A stretch of 64,000 nucleotides of DNA, taken from the NCBI GenBank assembly GCA_039805565.1, contig JBDLTZ010000100.1:3487-67486 (forward strand), in the 5' to 3' direction. Under the pieces are notes generated by a model, which had not been told where the DNA came from, ran no database searches, and saw only the letters and a list, made by a program, of their open reading frames with translations. Below, piece after piece: positions 53,015 to 62,571 of this stretch (positions are counted from its first letter, which is position 1; each line of letters opens with the position of its first letter). The DNA is from Chloroflexota bacterium (lineage in GTDB: Bacteria; Chloroflexota; Chloroflexia; Chloroflexales; Roseiflexaceae). The position numbers were made by a program, and so were the translations under genes.

Positions 53015-53198
53015 GGCGTGAGGCGTGAGAGCCGGGGACCGATGCTCTTGAGGCGTGAGGCGTGAGAGCCGGGGGTGAGTTGAATCGTGAGGCGTGAGAG
53101 CCGGGAAGTGATCGGTGCTGTGCAGCTTCGATCGCTTCCTGGCTCTTCAGCGTTCAGCGTTCAGCGTTCAGCGTTCCGCAGTCAGCGTTCCGCGGTCA
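52997..53198. repeat. Mosaic intergenic element between convergent genes: (GTGAGGC/TTGAGGC) arrays - palindromic core - (GTTCAGC) array
   Basis: The left arm carries about 10 heptamers interspersed with three gtgagagccggg units. The core is ccgggaagtgatcg-gtgctgtgcagctt-cgatcgcttcctgg. The right arm is ttcagcg x4 plus degenerate units. Both flanking genes terminate inside the arms. Confidence 0.9.
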
Positions 53199-54252
53199 GG
53201 TGTGCCGCCAGCAGTGCGTCGAACTCCGCCGGCTTCTCGATATAGGGCGTATGGCCGCACTCCGCGAACACCTCCTCGCGGTACGTACCGCCTGCCTCGC
53301 GGTAGCGCTCCAGCACGAAGCGCACCTGGCCCACCATCGGCTGCGGCGGATGGATCTCCGCACCCGGCCACCCGGGCACCGCGCCGATCTGGCCCAGGAA
53401 GCCGAGGTCGAACAGCGACGTGTCCGACACAATCTGGTCGTCGGCGCCGCGCACCCAAAGCACCGGCGGCTTGTGCGCCGCGCCCACAAAGCGCGCCACC
53501 ACGTCGCCCGCGTACTTCGGCGAGATCGCGTTGATCGGCCCGAGCACGCCCGGCGCCGCCCCCGGCCAGTTCGCGGAGGGCGTCATGTCGCCCGGGTACT
53601 TGTCCGGCCCAACCTTCTCTCTGAGCATGGACGAGAGCAGCTCTTCCTCGCGCGCCGATACGAACGGCGACTTCCAGTAGAAGCTGTTCATCACCACGCG
53701 TGGCGAGGCCAGGCCGTGCTCTGTACCGCGGTAGCCCTCCCCCATAAGACGCGCGAACTCCGGGTTCACCGTGCCGCCGCCCGACGCCCCAAAATCCTCG
53801 TAGGTCGGCGTCCCCTCCACATCGCGCGTGCCGCCGAAGCCGAACGGCGAGCTCGGGGCCGCGAGTGTGACGCTGAGGATGGCCTGCCCGGCCGCGGGGA
53901 CCAGGCCGAACAGCACCGAGCCGCCGAGCGAGTGCCCGACGACGTGGTAGTGCGAGAGGCCCAGCGTCGCCACAAGCGCCAGCAGGTCGTCCACCCAGTC
54001 GCCGACACCGCGCGTAGCGTCCACCAGCGCATCCTCAGTGTCGCCGTAGCCGCGTAGGTCCGGCGCGACGCCGCGAAAGCCAGGAGGAAGGCGCAGCATC
54101 GTCTCTTCCCAGAAGGTCGCCGAGGAGGCGTTGCCGTGGACGAACAGCACCGGGGTGCCGTCCTCAGGGCCGCTGAGCAGCACATGGGTCCGGAGGCGAG
54201 GCGTGTCGATCATCCGTGAGGTGATGCCGGGTAGCGTGGGGATGGTACTCAC
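53182..54252 (-). CDS. Alpha/beta hydrolase fold protein
   Basis: VLFVHGNASS and the nucleophile elbow VVGHSLGG are present. The GTG start at 54252 is preceded by GAAGGAG. Confidence 0.8.
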   Translation of the reverse strand: MSTIPTLPGITSRMIDTPRLRTHVLLSGPEDGTPVLFVHGNASSATFWEETMLRLPPGFRGVAPDLRGYGDTEDALVDATRGVGDWVDDLLALVATLGLSHYHVVGHSLGGSVLFGLVPAAGQAILSVTLAAPSSPFGFGGTRDVEGTPTYEDFGASGGGTVNPEFARLMGEGYRGTEHGLASPRVVMNSFYWKSPFVSAREEELLSSMLREKVGPDKYPGDMTPSANWPGAAPGVLGPINAISPKYAGDVVARFVGAAHKPPVLWVRGADDQIVSDTSLFDLGFLGQIGAVPGWPGAEIHPPQPMVGQVRFVLERYREAGGTYREEVFAECGHTPYIEKPAEFDALLAAHLTAER

Positions 54253-54369
54253 TCGGTGCTCCTTCAGTGTGAACGGATCGGGGCTTCAGTAGTATGTAGG
54301 CACGAAGTGCAACGTGCAACTTCCACGGGTAGGCCGATTGATGCTGGAACAGATCTCCCTCTTGATGTT

Positions 54370-55902
54370 TCACTTCCCGTAGCGCTCTCGCAGCTCCTGC
54401 TTGTCCACCTTGCCGGCTGCGGTCTTGGGCAGCGACGGGGTGAACACGACCGCGCGGGGGATCTTGTAGCGCGCCAGCCGCTCGCGGCAGAACCCGAGCA
54501 GGTCGTCGGCGTCAAGCACAGCCTCGGGGAGTGCCGCCACCACCGCCAGACCCACCTCACCCCACTTCGGGTCCGGCACGCCCACGACCGCCGCCTCGGC
54601 CACGGCTGGGTGGGACGCCAGGACGCTCTCGATCTCCGCCGGGTAGATGTTCTCTCCGCCAGAGATGATCACGTCCTTCAGGCGCCCGACGATCGTGTAG
54701 CAGCCATCCTCATCGGAGCGCGCCAGGTCGCCGGTGTGCAGCCAGCCGCCCACGATCGCCCGGGCCGTCTCCTCAGGGCGGCGCCAGTAGCCGGCGCAGA
54801 CGTGCGGGCCGCGGACGTGAAGCTCGCCGACCTCGCCCGGCGCGCACGGCCGCCCCTCGGCATCCATCACTCGCGCATCGATGTGCATGAGCGGGTAGCC
54901 GACGGCCCCGGGCTTGCGCCGCAGCTCCTCGGAGGGCAGCCAGAAGGTGTTCGGGCCGGCCTCGGTGAGCCCGTAGCCCAGCTTGAAGTCCACCCCACGC
55001 GCCCAGAACGCCTCGCGCACCGGGTCGGGGCAGGGCGCGCCGCCGCTGATCACCAGCTTGAGGCACGCGAAGTCGGCCGTGGCCCAGCGCGGGTGCTGCT
55101 GCAGCGCCACGAACATCGTCGGCACGCCGAAGAACAGCGTCACGCCCGCGCCCTCGAGCAGATCGTACACCTGCTCCGGGTCGAAGCCGCGGCAGACGAC
55201 CGACGCTCCCCCGGCGTAGACCAGCGGCGCGGTGAAGACGTTCAGGCCGCCGGTGTGGAACAGCGGCGCGTTGAGGATCGCCACGTCGTCCTGACACAGG
55301 CCCCAGCTCGTGACCGTGTTGACGGCGTTCCAGGTGATGTTGCCGTGGGTCAGCAGCGCGCCCTTCGGCAGCCCGGTAGTGCCGCCAGTGTAGCAGATCA
55401 CCCACGGGTCATCCCAGGAGAGCTCGACGGGCGGCGGCGGGGTGTCGGGAAGCCGCTCGCGCTCGGCGAGCAGGAGGTCATCGGGGCTGACGCGGGCGGC
55501 TTCGTCCAGCGCCAGGTAGCGGCCCACCGGCGCGCCGGCCTCGCGCAGCGCGGCGACCTGCGCGGCAAAAGCCGGGCCGTAGACCAGCGCGGCGGGAGTG
55601 GCGTCGGCAACCAGCGCGGCGAGCTCGTGGGCCGTGAGCCGCCAGTTGAGGGTCTGGAGCACGGCGCCGAGCTTGCCACAGGCGAACCAGAGGTCCAGGT
55701 AGGGGACGCAGTTGTGTGCGAGCACGGCCACGCGGTCGCCGCGGCTCACGCCGAGACGCTCGCGGAGCAGGTGGGCGGTGCGGTTAGCGGCGACGTCCCA
55801 GGCGCGGTACGAGATTGCCCGGCCGCCATCGGTCTCGTCGATCAGGGCGGTCCGTGAGGGGGAGAGCCGGGCGCGCCGCCCGAGCCAGTCGCCGATCAGC
55901 AT
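54370..55902 (-). CDS. Acyl-CoA synthetase / AMP-dependent ligase
   Basis: The AMP-binding motif is YTGGTTGLPKGALLTH. GYGLTE, YHTGD-like LHTGDL and the C-terminal GKVDK are also present. Confidence 0.85.
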   Translation of the reverse strand: MLIGDWLGRRARLSPSRTALIDETDGGRAISYRAWDVAANRTAHLLRERLGVSRGDRVAVLAHNCVPYLDLWFACGKLGAVLQTLNWRLTAHELAALVADATPAALVYGPAFAAQVAALREAGAPVGRYLALDEAARVSPDDLLLAERERLPDTPPPPVELSWDDPWVICYTGGTTGLPKGALLTHGNITWNAVNTVTSWGLCQDDVAILNAPLFHTGGLNVFTAPLVYAGGASVVCRGFDPEQVYDLLEGAGVTLFFGVPTMFVALQQHPRWATADFACLKLVISGGAPCPDPVREAFWARGVDFKLGYGLTEAGPNTFWLPSEELRRKPGAVGYPLMHIDARVMDAEGRPCAPGEVGELHVRGPHVCAGYWRRPEETARAIVGGWLHTGDLARSDEDGCYTIVGRLKDVIISGGENIYPAEIESVLASHPAVAEAAVVGVPDPKWGEVGLAVVAALPEAVLDADDLLGFCRERLARYKIPRAVVFTPSLPKTAAGKVDKQELRERYGK

Positions 55903-56108
55903 GGGTCCTCACTCGCATCGCCGGGGAGGCGGCGGCAGCGTCCTTGAGATGTGCGACACGCGGTACGGCAATGCTAGCGGAGCCAGTTACATTCGAGTAA
56001 CAGGGCATCGGCGGCCAGCGCGTACCAGGCGCCCGTGGCCGAATACGTGCTGATATCAAAGTTGGAGGAGCACGCACCGAGATGCCGCGCATAGCAGGGA
56101 GACACCAC

Positions 56109-56981
56109 ATGGAGCCCAAGGACTGGCTTGTGCAGCCTGACCGCAAGCAGATTCGCCTCGCCCAGCACCCCACCGACGCCAGTGGAGCGCTCGCCGACGA
56201 GGATGCCGCCCGGGAGCACGCCACCGCGCTGATGAGCGAGCTGACGCGCTGTCAGGCCATATTCCATGCGCACGCCCAGTACGGGCTGCTCGTCCTCCTG
56301 CACGGGATGGATGCCGCCGGCAAAGATGAGACCATCCAGACAGTCTTCTCCTCGCTCGACCCGCAAGTGTGCCAGGCGAAGCAGTTCAAGGCCCCGACGA
56401 CGACCGAGCGGCAGCACGACTACCTCTGGCGGGCGGCCCAGGCGCTGCCCACCCGCGGCCAGGTGGCCGTCTTCAACCGCTCGTACTACGAGCAGGTCAC
56501 CTCCGAGCAGATCTACCCCGACCAGATCGACCAGTGGGGCCTGCCGCCCAAGGCGCGCGAGGACCTCTGGGACAAGCGCTACGCCCAGATCAACAGCTTC
56601 GAGCGCCACCTTGTCGAGAACGGGTTTCGGGTCATCAAGCTCTTTCTGCACATCTCGAAAGAGATCGAGCGAGAGCGCCTGCTGGAGCGGATCGACCGGC
56701 CGGAGCTCCAGGGAGAATTCTCCGAGTCCGATCTGCGGCACCACCACGACTGGGACGCCTTTCAGACATCCTACGAGGCCATGCTCTCCCGGACGAGCAC
56801 GGCGTGGTCGCCCTGGTACGTCATCCCCGCCAACCAGCGCTGGTACACCTACGCGGCGGTCACATCGGTGCTGGTCCGCGAGCTCAAGTCGCTCCACACC
56901 GACTTCCCATCACTCGACGATGCGGCGCAGCGGAAGCTCCAGGAGGCGCGCGTGGAGCTGCTGCGCGAGCGGAGCGTGTGA
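56109..56981 (+). CDS. ppk2: Polyphosphate kinase 2 (PPK2) family protein
   Basis: LVLLHGMDAAGKDETI (Walker A variant), FNRSYYE and the lid region RxxxW are present. ATG 56109 is preceded by AGGGAG. Confidence 0.85.
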   Translation: MEPKDWLVQPDRKQIRLAQHPTDASGALADEDAAREHATALMSELTRCQAIFHAHAQYGLLVLLHGMDAAGKDETIQTVFSSLDPQVCQAKQFKAPTTTERQHDYLWRAAQALPTRGQVAVFNRSYYEQVTSEQIYPDQIDQWGLPPKAREDLWDKRYAQINSFERHLVENGFRVIKLFLHISKEIERERLLERIDRPELQGEFSESDLRHHHDWDAFQTSYEAMLSRTSTAWSPWYVIPANQRWYTYAAVTSVLVRELKSLHTDFPSLDDAAQRKLQEARVELLRERSV

Positions 56982-57130
56982 CCGCAGCGTCGCAGCCCTC
57001 GCGCCCCGTGGTACACTGACCACACACCCCATCGGAATGAGGATGGCGATGATCCACTCTGAGCAGATCGTGCGTTGCCTGGAACCGCCGCGGCGCGAGG
57101 GGTGGAGCTGACGCCGGCAGGGGAGGTTGT

Positions 57131-58522
57131 ATGGACATCACGCTCTTCGGCGCGGCCGGCGAGGTGACCGGCTCAGCGTACTACGTCGAGACCGAGCGGG
57201 CGCGGGTGCTGGTGGACTTCGGCATCTTCCAGGGCGGCCGGGCCGACGAGCAGCGCAACCGCGTACCCGATGGGCTGGACGTGGGCGCGCTCGACGCGGT
57301 GGTGCTGACCCACGCACACCTGGACCACAGCGGGCGGCTGCCCCTGCTGGCGCGCGCCGGGTATCGCCAGCCGATCTACGCCACCCCCGGCACGATCGAC
57401 ATCGTCGGCCTGCTGCTGCGCGACTCCGCCCGCATCCAGCAGGACGACGCCGCGCGCGAGAACCGCCGCCGCGAGCGGGCCGGGCTGGCGCCGCTGCCGC
57501 CGCCCTACACCGAGGAGGACGTCGAGCGGCTGCTGGGGCTGCTGGAGCCGCTGCCCTACGACGCCCCGCTCGAGGTGGCGCCGGGCGTGGCGGTGCGCGC
57601 CCGCGAGGCCGGGCACGTGCTGGGGTCGGCCAGCCTGGAGCTCGGCGCTGAGGAGGGCAGGCGCCGCACCGCCGTGGTCTTCTCGGGCGACATCGGGCCG
57701 CGCAGCGTGCCCATCCTGCGCGACCCCGAGCCGCCCGCGCGGGCCGACTTGGTGTTCCTCGAGTCCACCTACGGCGACCGCGACCACCGGCCGCTGGCGG
57801 AGACCGTGGCCGAGTTCGAGAAGCTGGTGCTGGAGGCCGTGCTGAACCGCGGCAAGATCCTCGTCCCCTCGTTCGCCGTCGGGCGCGCGCAGCAGCTCCT
57901 GTACCACCTCGCCGAGCTGTTCGAGCGCGGCGCCGTGCCGCCGTTCCCGGTCTACCTCGACAGCCCGATGGGCATCGCCGCCACCGAGATCTACCTGCGC
58001 CACCCCGAGCTGGCCGACGACGACCCGGGCGCCTTCGAGTCGCGGCGGGCGCTGCGGCGGGCGCTGGAGACCCTGAGCTTCACCGCGTCGGCGGCCGAGT
58101 CGCGCGAGCTGAACGACATGGACGGCCCATGTATGATCATCGCCGGCTCAGGCATGGCCAACGCCGGCCGGATCGTCCACCACCTGCGACACAACCTGTG
58201 GCGGCGCGAGGCGGTGGTGCTGATCGTCGGCTACCAGGCCGAGGGGACGCTGGGGCGGCAGCTGGCCGAGGGGGCGCGGCAGGTGTCGATCTTCGGCGAC
58301 CGGATCGCGGTGCGGGCGAAGGTGCGGACGCTGGGCGGCTTCAGCGCGCACGCCGGACAGAGCGAGCTGCTGGAGTGGGTGCGGCCGATGGCCGAGGGCG
58401 GGGCGCGGGTGGCGCTGACCCACGGTGAGGCGCGCGGACGTCTGCCGCTGGCCGAGCTGATCGCCAGGCGCTACGGTGTCGAGCCGGAGCTGCCGGAGCT
58501 CGGCGATGTAATCGCGGTGTAG
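57131..58522 (+). CDS. MBL-fold beta-CASP family nuclease (RNA-metabolising metallo-beta-lactamase)
   Basis: LTHAHLDHSGRLP (HxHxDH) is present, together with beta-CASP motifs (ESTYGDR, FSAHA) in 463 aa. Confidence 0.8.
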   Translation: MDITLFGAAGEVTGSAYYVETERARVLVDFGIFQGGRADEQRNRVPDGLDVGALDAVVLTHAHLDHSGRLPLLARAGYRQPIYATPGTIDIVGLLLRDSARIQQDDAARENRRRERAGLAPLPPPYTEEDVERLLGLLEPLPYDAPLEVAPGVAVRAREAGHVLGSASLELGAEEGRRRTAVVFSGDIGPRSVPILRDPEPPARADLVFLESTYGDRDHRPLAETVAEFEKLVLEAVLNRGKILVPSFAVGRAQQLLYHLAELFERGAVPPFPVYLDSPMGIAATEIYLRHPELADDDPGAFESRRALRRALETLSFTASAAESRELNDMDGPCMIIAGSGMANAGRIVHHLRHNLWRREAVVLIVGYQAEGTLGRQLAEGARQVSIFGDRIAVRAKVRTLGGFSAHAGQSELLEWVRPMAEGGARVALTHGEARGRLPLAELIARRYGVEPELPELGDVIAV

Positions 58523-58625
58523 GGCGGCCTGAGCGCTGAACGATGAAGGCTGAAGACTGAGCGGAGCGAAGCCAAACCTGCGCTACACTGTCACCGACAC
58601 CGCTGCCTGTCACAGGAGCGCCCCA

Positions 58626-60233
58626 ATGCTCGAAGACCTGTACACCTCACCGTACCACGTCCGCCGCTTCCCGCTCGTGGCAGCGAACGGCGTGGCCGCC
58701 ACCAGCCACCCGCTGGCCGCGCAGGCCGGCCTAGCGATGCTCCAGCGCGGTGGCTCGGCCGTGGACGCCGCCGTGGCCATGGCCGCCGTGCTGACCGTCG
58801 TCGAGCCAACCTCGAACGGCATCGGCGGCGACGCCTTCGCCCTGGTGTGGGACGGCGCTCGCCTGCACGGCCTGAACGGCTCGGGCCGAGCCCCGGCCGC
58901 GCTCACCCCCGAGCTGGTGGCGCGCGCCGGCCACACCCAGATGCCCGCGCTCGGCTGGCTGCCCGTGACCGTCCCCGGCGCCCCGGCGGCCTGGGCCGAC
59001 CTGCACGCCCGCTTCGGGAAGCTCCCGCTGGCTGAGGTGCTGGCGCCGGCGATCGGGTACGCCGAGCGCGGCCACCCGGTTACGCCGACCGTGGCGCTCA
59101 ACTGGGAGCGGCGCGTGCGCCAGGCGCAGCAGCGGCACGAGCCGGAGTTCGCCGGGTTCCTGCCAACCTTCGCCCCCGGCGGGCGCGCGCCGCGCCCCGG
59201 CGAGCTCTTCGCCAGCCCGGGCCACGCCGCCACACTGCGCCGGATCGCCCAGAGCGCCGCGCGCGACTTCTACGAGGGCGAGACGGCCGCGGCGATCGCC
59301 GGGTTCGCGCGCCGCACCGGGGGGGCGCTGGCCGCAGAGGACCTTGCCGCCCACACCAGCACGTGGGTCGAGCCGATCGGCGTGGACTACCGCGGCTACA
59401 CCGTGTGGGAGATCCCGCCGAACGGCCAGGGGATCGCGGCGCTGATCGCGCTCGGCGTGCTGGGCGGGCTGGACGTGGCGGCCCACGCGCGCGACTCGGC
59501 CGAGTCGTACCACCTGCAGATCGAGGCGATGAAGCTGGCCTTCGCCGACGCCTACCGCTACGTGGCGGACCCGGAGCGCGCCGAGGTACCGGTGCGCGGG
59601 CTGCTGGACCCGGCCTACCACGCGGCGCGCCGGGCGCTGATCGGGCCGCGGGCGCGGGCCCACGAGCCGGGCGAGCCGCCGCGCGGGGGCACGGTCTACC
59701 TGTGCGCCGCCGACGCCGACGGCCTGATGGTGAGCATGATCCAGTCGAACTTCCAGGGGTTCGGCTCGGGGGTGGTGGTGCCGGGCACGGGCGTGGCGCT
59801 GCACAACCGCGGCCTCGGCTTTACCCTGGAGGCGGGCCACCCGAACCGGCTGGAGCCGGGCAAGCGTCCGTACCACACGATCATCCCGGCGTTCCTCACC
59901 CGGGGCGGCGAGGCGCTGGGGCCGTTCGGGGTGATGGGCGGTGAGATGCAGCCGCAGGGCCACGCGCAGGTGGCGGTGAACACGCTGGACTACGGCATGC
60001 ACCCCCAGGCCGCCCTCGACGCACCGCGCTGGCGGGTGGAGGGGGACGTGGTACACCTGGAGTTGGAGACTCCGCGGCACGTGGTGGAGGGGCTGATCGC
60101 GCGCGGCCACCAGGTGCAGGTGCAGGGCGAGGTGGGCAGCTTCGGGCGCGGCCAGGCGATCTGGCGCCTCCCGAGCGGCGCCTACGTCGCCGGCGGCGAG
60201 TCGCGCTGCGACGGCGGGCCAGTGGGGTACTAG
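58626..60233 (+). CDS. ggt: Gamma-glutamyltransferase family protein
   Basis: VEPTSNGIGGDAFALVW, the autoprocessing site GGTVYLCAAD, and the ...GVMGGEMQPQGH tail are present. Confidence 0.85.
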   Translation: MLEDLYTSPYHVRRFPLVAANGVAATSHPLAAQAGLAMLQRGGSAVDAAVAMAAVLTVVEPTSNGIGGDAFALVWDGARLHGLNGSGRAPAALTPELVARAGHTQMPALGWLPVTVPGAPAAWADLHARFGKLPLAEVLAPAIGYAERGHPVTPTVALNWERRVRQAQQRHEPEFAGFLPTFAPGGRAPRPGELFASPGHAATLRRIAQSAARDFYEGETAAAIAGFARRTGGALAAEDLAAHTSTWVEPIGVDYRGYTVWEIPPNGQGIAALIALGVLGGLDVAAHARDSAESYHLQIEAMKLAFADAYRYVADPERAEVPVRGLLDPAYHAARRALIGPRARAHEPGEPPRGGTVYLCAADADGLMVSMIQSNFQGFGSGVVVPGTGVALHNRGLGFTLEAGHPNRLEPGKRPYHTIIPAFLTRGGEALGPFGVMGGEMQPQGHAQVAVNTLDYGMHPQAALDAPRWRVEGDVVHLELETPRHVVEGLIARGHQVQVQGEVGSFGRGQAIWRLPSGAYVAGGESRCDGGPVGY

Positions 60234-60274
60234 ATCTGAACGCTGAATGCTTAAGCACCGCAGTGCGCTGAATC

Positions 60275-60310
60275 TCCCCCTCTCCTGCGGCAGGGAGAGT
60301 GGGCCGGGGG
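60275..60310. repeat. REP-like element (CCCCCTCTCC-tgcggc-AGGGAGAGTGGGCCGGGGGTGAAGG)
   Basis: Imperfect copy of the 9540 and 38241 hairpin family, located after the ggt stop and a short TGA-heptamer run (60237-60262). Confidence 0.65.
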
Positions 60311-60428
60311 TGAAGGCCTTCCAGCTCCCTCCCTGACTCAGCCATATGCCCTATTGATCGGCGCCCTGAAGCGTGCGAGAATGAGCGTACTAATGCGGTA
60401 GAGAGTATCCGGCTGAGGAGAGAAGTCT

Positions 60429-61472
60429 ATGCGCGCCAGCGATACACTGCTCGCGGAGTTGCTCGCCCAGCACCCGCTTTCGGACGACCAGATGTTGCTG
60501 GGGCGACTGCTCGCCGCACCTCCCCAGCCCTCCCGTGCGGGCGCGCTCACGCTGCGCCGTCCGCAGTCCCCGCTCACCTTCGGTCGCCCGCCGGGCCGCC
60601 TCGTGCTCGGCGCAGGCTCGGTGCTGCTGGCCGTGACCCTGTCGCTCGGGGGCGTAGCTCCGGCGCGTGCGGAGCGCTCGATGCCTGAGCCTGTGGAGCC
60701 CGCGGCCGTGGCCGTACCCGCCGCGCCCGCGCTCGTCTCGCCCAGTGCTGCGCCGAGCGCCGCCCGCGCAGCCCTCCCGCCGATGGTGCCCTCTGCGATG
60801 GTGCAGCCCTTCGAGGCCCGCGCCGCCCTCCCGCCGCACTCGGCCGTCGTGAGCCCGCCACCCGCCGCGTCAGTCGCCGCGCCGGCGCCGGGGTCGATCG
60901 CCGACCAGGCTGCGCCGGCCGCTGTTCTCCCAGGGGCGCCAGGTGCCACGCTCCCACCGGCCCAGGTGAGTGGCCGCGCCCAGCCGAAGGAGACCCTGGC
61001 GCCCGCGCCGCAGCGCCCGTCGCAGGGCCAGACGACCCCGCTGCGCCAGCCTGCCCCGGCCGCCCAAGTGGTCCGCGAGCGCGTGCGCGTGATCACCATC
61101 GTCTACCCGCCGCCGGACTTCAGCGACCCGTTCGTCCACATCCGCGGCACGCAGTTCGACCCGGCGGTGCTGGCGCAGGGCGGCCCTGCCGTCCCGCCCC
61201 CACCCTCCCGGCGCCAGGTGACCGTCCGCGAGGTGATTGTGACTACGCCCGCCTCCCCAGTGCGGCCGGCGCAGCCGAGCAGCCCGGTGCAGACGGCGCC
61301 CGCGCGCCCGGGACGCACCTATGTGGTCGCGCCGAACGACACGCTCACCGCCATCGCGCAGCGCTTCTACAACAACGCCGACCTGTGGATGCGGATCTAC
61401 GACGCCAACCGCGCGGTGCTCGGCAACAACCCGAATGCGATCCCGGCCGGCGTGCGGATCCTGATTCCCTAG
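60429..61472 (+). CDS. LysM peptidoglycan-binding domain protein with TM anchor and Pro/Ala-rich linker
   Basis: The C-terminal LysM domain reads YVVAPNDTLTAIAQRFYNNADLWMRIYDANRAVLGNNPNAIPAGVRILIP. The N-terminal TM segment is LVLGAGSVLLAVTLSLGGV. Confidence 0.75.
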   Translation: MRASDTLLAELLAQHPLSDDQMLLGRLLAAPPQPSRAGALTLRRPQSPLTFGRPPGRLVLGAGSVLLAVTLSLGGVAPARAERSMPEPVEPAAVAVPAAPALVSPSAAPSAARAALPPMVPSAMVQPFEARAALPPHSAVVSPPPAASVAAPAPGSIADQAAPAAVLPGAPGATLPPAQVSGRAQPKETLAPAPQRPSQGQTTPLRQPAPAAQVVRERVRVITIVYPPPDFSDPFVHIRGTQFDPAVLAQGGPAVPPPPSRRQVTVREVIVTTPASPVRPAQPSSPVQTAPARPGRTYVVAPNDTLTAIAQRFYNNADLWMRIYDANRAVLGNNPNAIPAGVRILIP

Positions 61473-61542
61473 TACTCGTTTCCAGTGCAGGATTCTCGAT
61501 ATCATTACCGAGCGCTAAAACTGGTTTGCAGTGGAAGCCTTT

Positions 61543-61800
61543 TTACCCTCCCCGGCTGCTGGCCCGCCCCCGGGTGTTGGCCCTAGTGGCTTTGTGCTGG
61601 ACGATCACCCGCAGGTCGTGGGCGATCACCCAGAGGGCCATCCCTTCGTCGCCGTGGTAGCGACAGCGGCGCAACGCGTGGCGCCGTTTCAGCCCACTGA
61701 TGCGTCCTTCGATACCCGCCTACCAATCACGACCCTTGCGAAACCAGCGTTGTCGCTCATACTCTCGACGCGCCGCTATCTTGCGCCCAGATGGTGAAGG
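61543..61800 (-). mobile_element. C-terminal fragment of an IS4/IS5-superfamily DDE transposase with in-frame stop
   Basis: The minus-strand reads ..RKIAARREYERQRWFRKGRDW*AGIEGRISGLKRRHALRRCRYHGDEGMALWVIAHDLRVI. This is an E-x6-K region of the YREK motif. A TAG interrupts it, and no N-terminal catalytic part is present. Confidence 0.55.
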
Positions 61801-61878
61801 CACGTACGCGCACGCCGTCAGCAAGCAGGGTGCTGTCGACGGGGTAGTGTAGACCACCGTGCTATTGAGGCGGAGCTT

Positions 61879-62529
61879 GTGACCGCGAGTGACGTGGTGC
61901 TTCTGAGCGAGGACGACCACAGGATCGAGGAGACGCTCAAGAGTCTGCGGCTAAATGAGGTTAGCCCAGCGGAGCATCCCTCGGTCCGCGGGGAGCGCTC
62001 GTTTCGGGGGCGGACGCTGGGGCAGGGGGGGATAGCGTTGCTCTTCCACGTGTGTACCAAGGACGCGACGCCGGCCGAGCGGCGCGACGTCGCACTGCTT
62101 GCACTCCTGACTGGGTATGACTTGCGGCGGGCCGAGGTGGTCGTGCTCGACCTCTTCGACCACACCGCTGAGAATGGCGCGCTCCTCATTCGGCAGGGGA
62201 AGGGGCGGAAGGACTGGCCGGTGTACTTGCCCGCCAGGGCGCAGCAGCACCTCCGGTGGCGGATGAGCGCGCAGACGGTGTTCGCGGTCCTCCGGGCGCG
62301 GGGCGCGGTGGCAGACCTCGCGCATTTCTCGCCACACGACCTGCTGCGCACCTATATCTCGAACCTGCTTGACACTGGCGCCGACCTAGCCATCGTGCAG
62401 CAGCTCGCCGGGCACGCCGACCCGGCGGTCACCGCGCGCTACGACCGGCGCCGCGAGGCAGCGAAGCAGCGCACCTCCCAGCTCCTCCAAATCCTGTTGG
62501 CCAGTGAGCTGGGAGGCGGTTCTGCATGA
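61879..62529 (+). CDS. Tyrosine recombinase/integrase, catalytic domain only (probably truncated)
   Basis: Catalytic residues can be aligned: LTGYDLRRAEV (Arg), GKGRKDWPV (Lys), HDLLRTY (His-x-x-Arg), LAGHAD (His), TARY (Tyr). At 216 aa it lacks the N-terminal core-binding domain. Confidence 0.6.
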   Translation: MTASDVVLLSEDDHRIEETLKSLRLNEVSPAEHPSVRGERSFRGRTLGQGGIALLFHVCTKDATPAERRDVALLALLTGYDLRRAEVVVLDLFDHTAENGALLIRQGKGRKDWPVYLPARAQQHLRWRMSAQTVFAVLRARGAVADLAHFSPHDLLRTYISNLLDTGADLAIVQQLAGHADPAVTARYDRRREAAKQRTSQLLQILLASELGGGSA

Positions 62530-62571
62530 GCAGGGTTGGTGTACAGGCTACTTCTGAGCCTGATGTCCCCC

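Noticed and set aside
50130-60110. ORFs 50130..51344 (+), 54256..55857 (+) and 58731..60110 (-).
   Set aside because: They are antisense to the membrane protein, the acyl-CoA synthetase and ggt. Their translations are low complexity.
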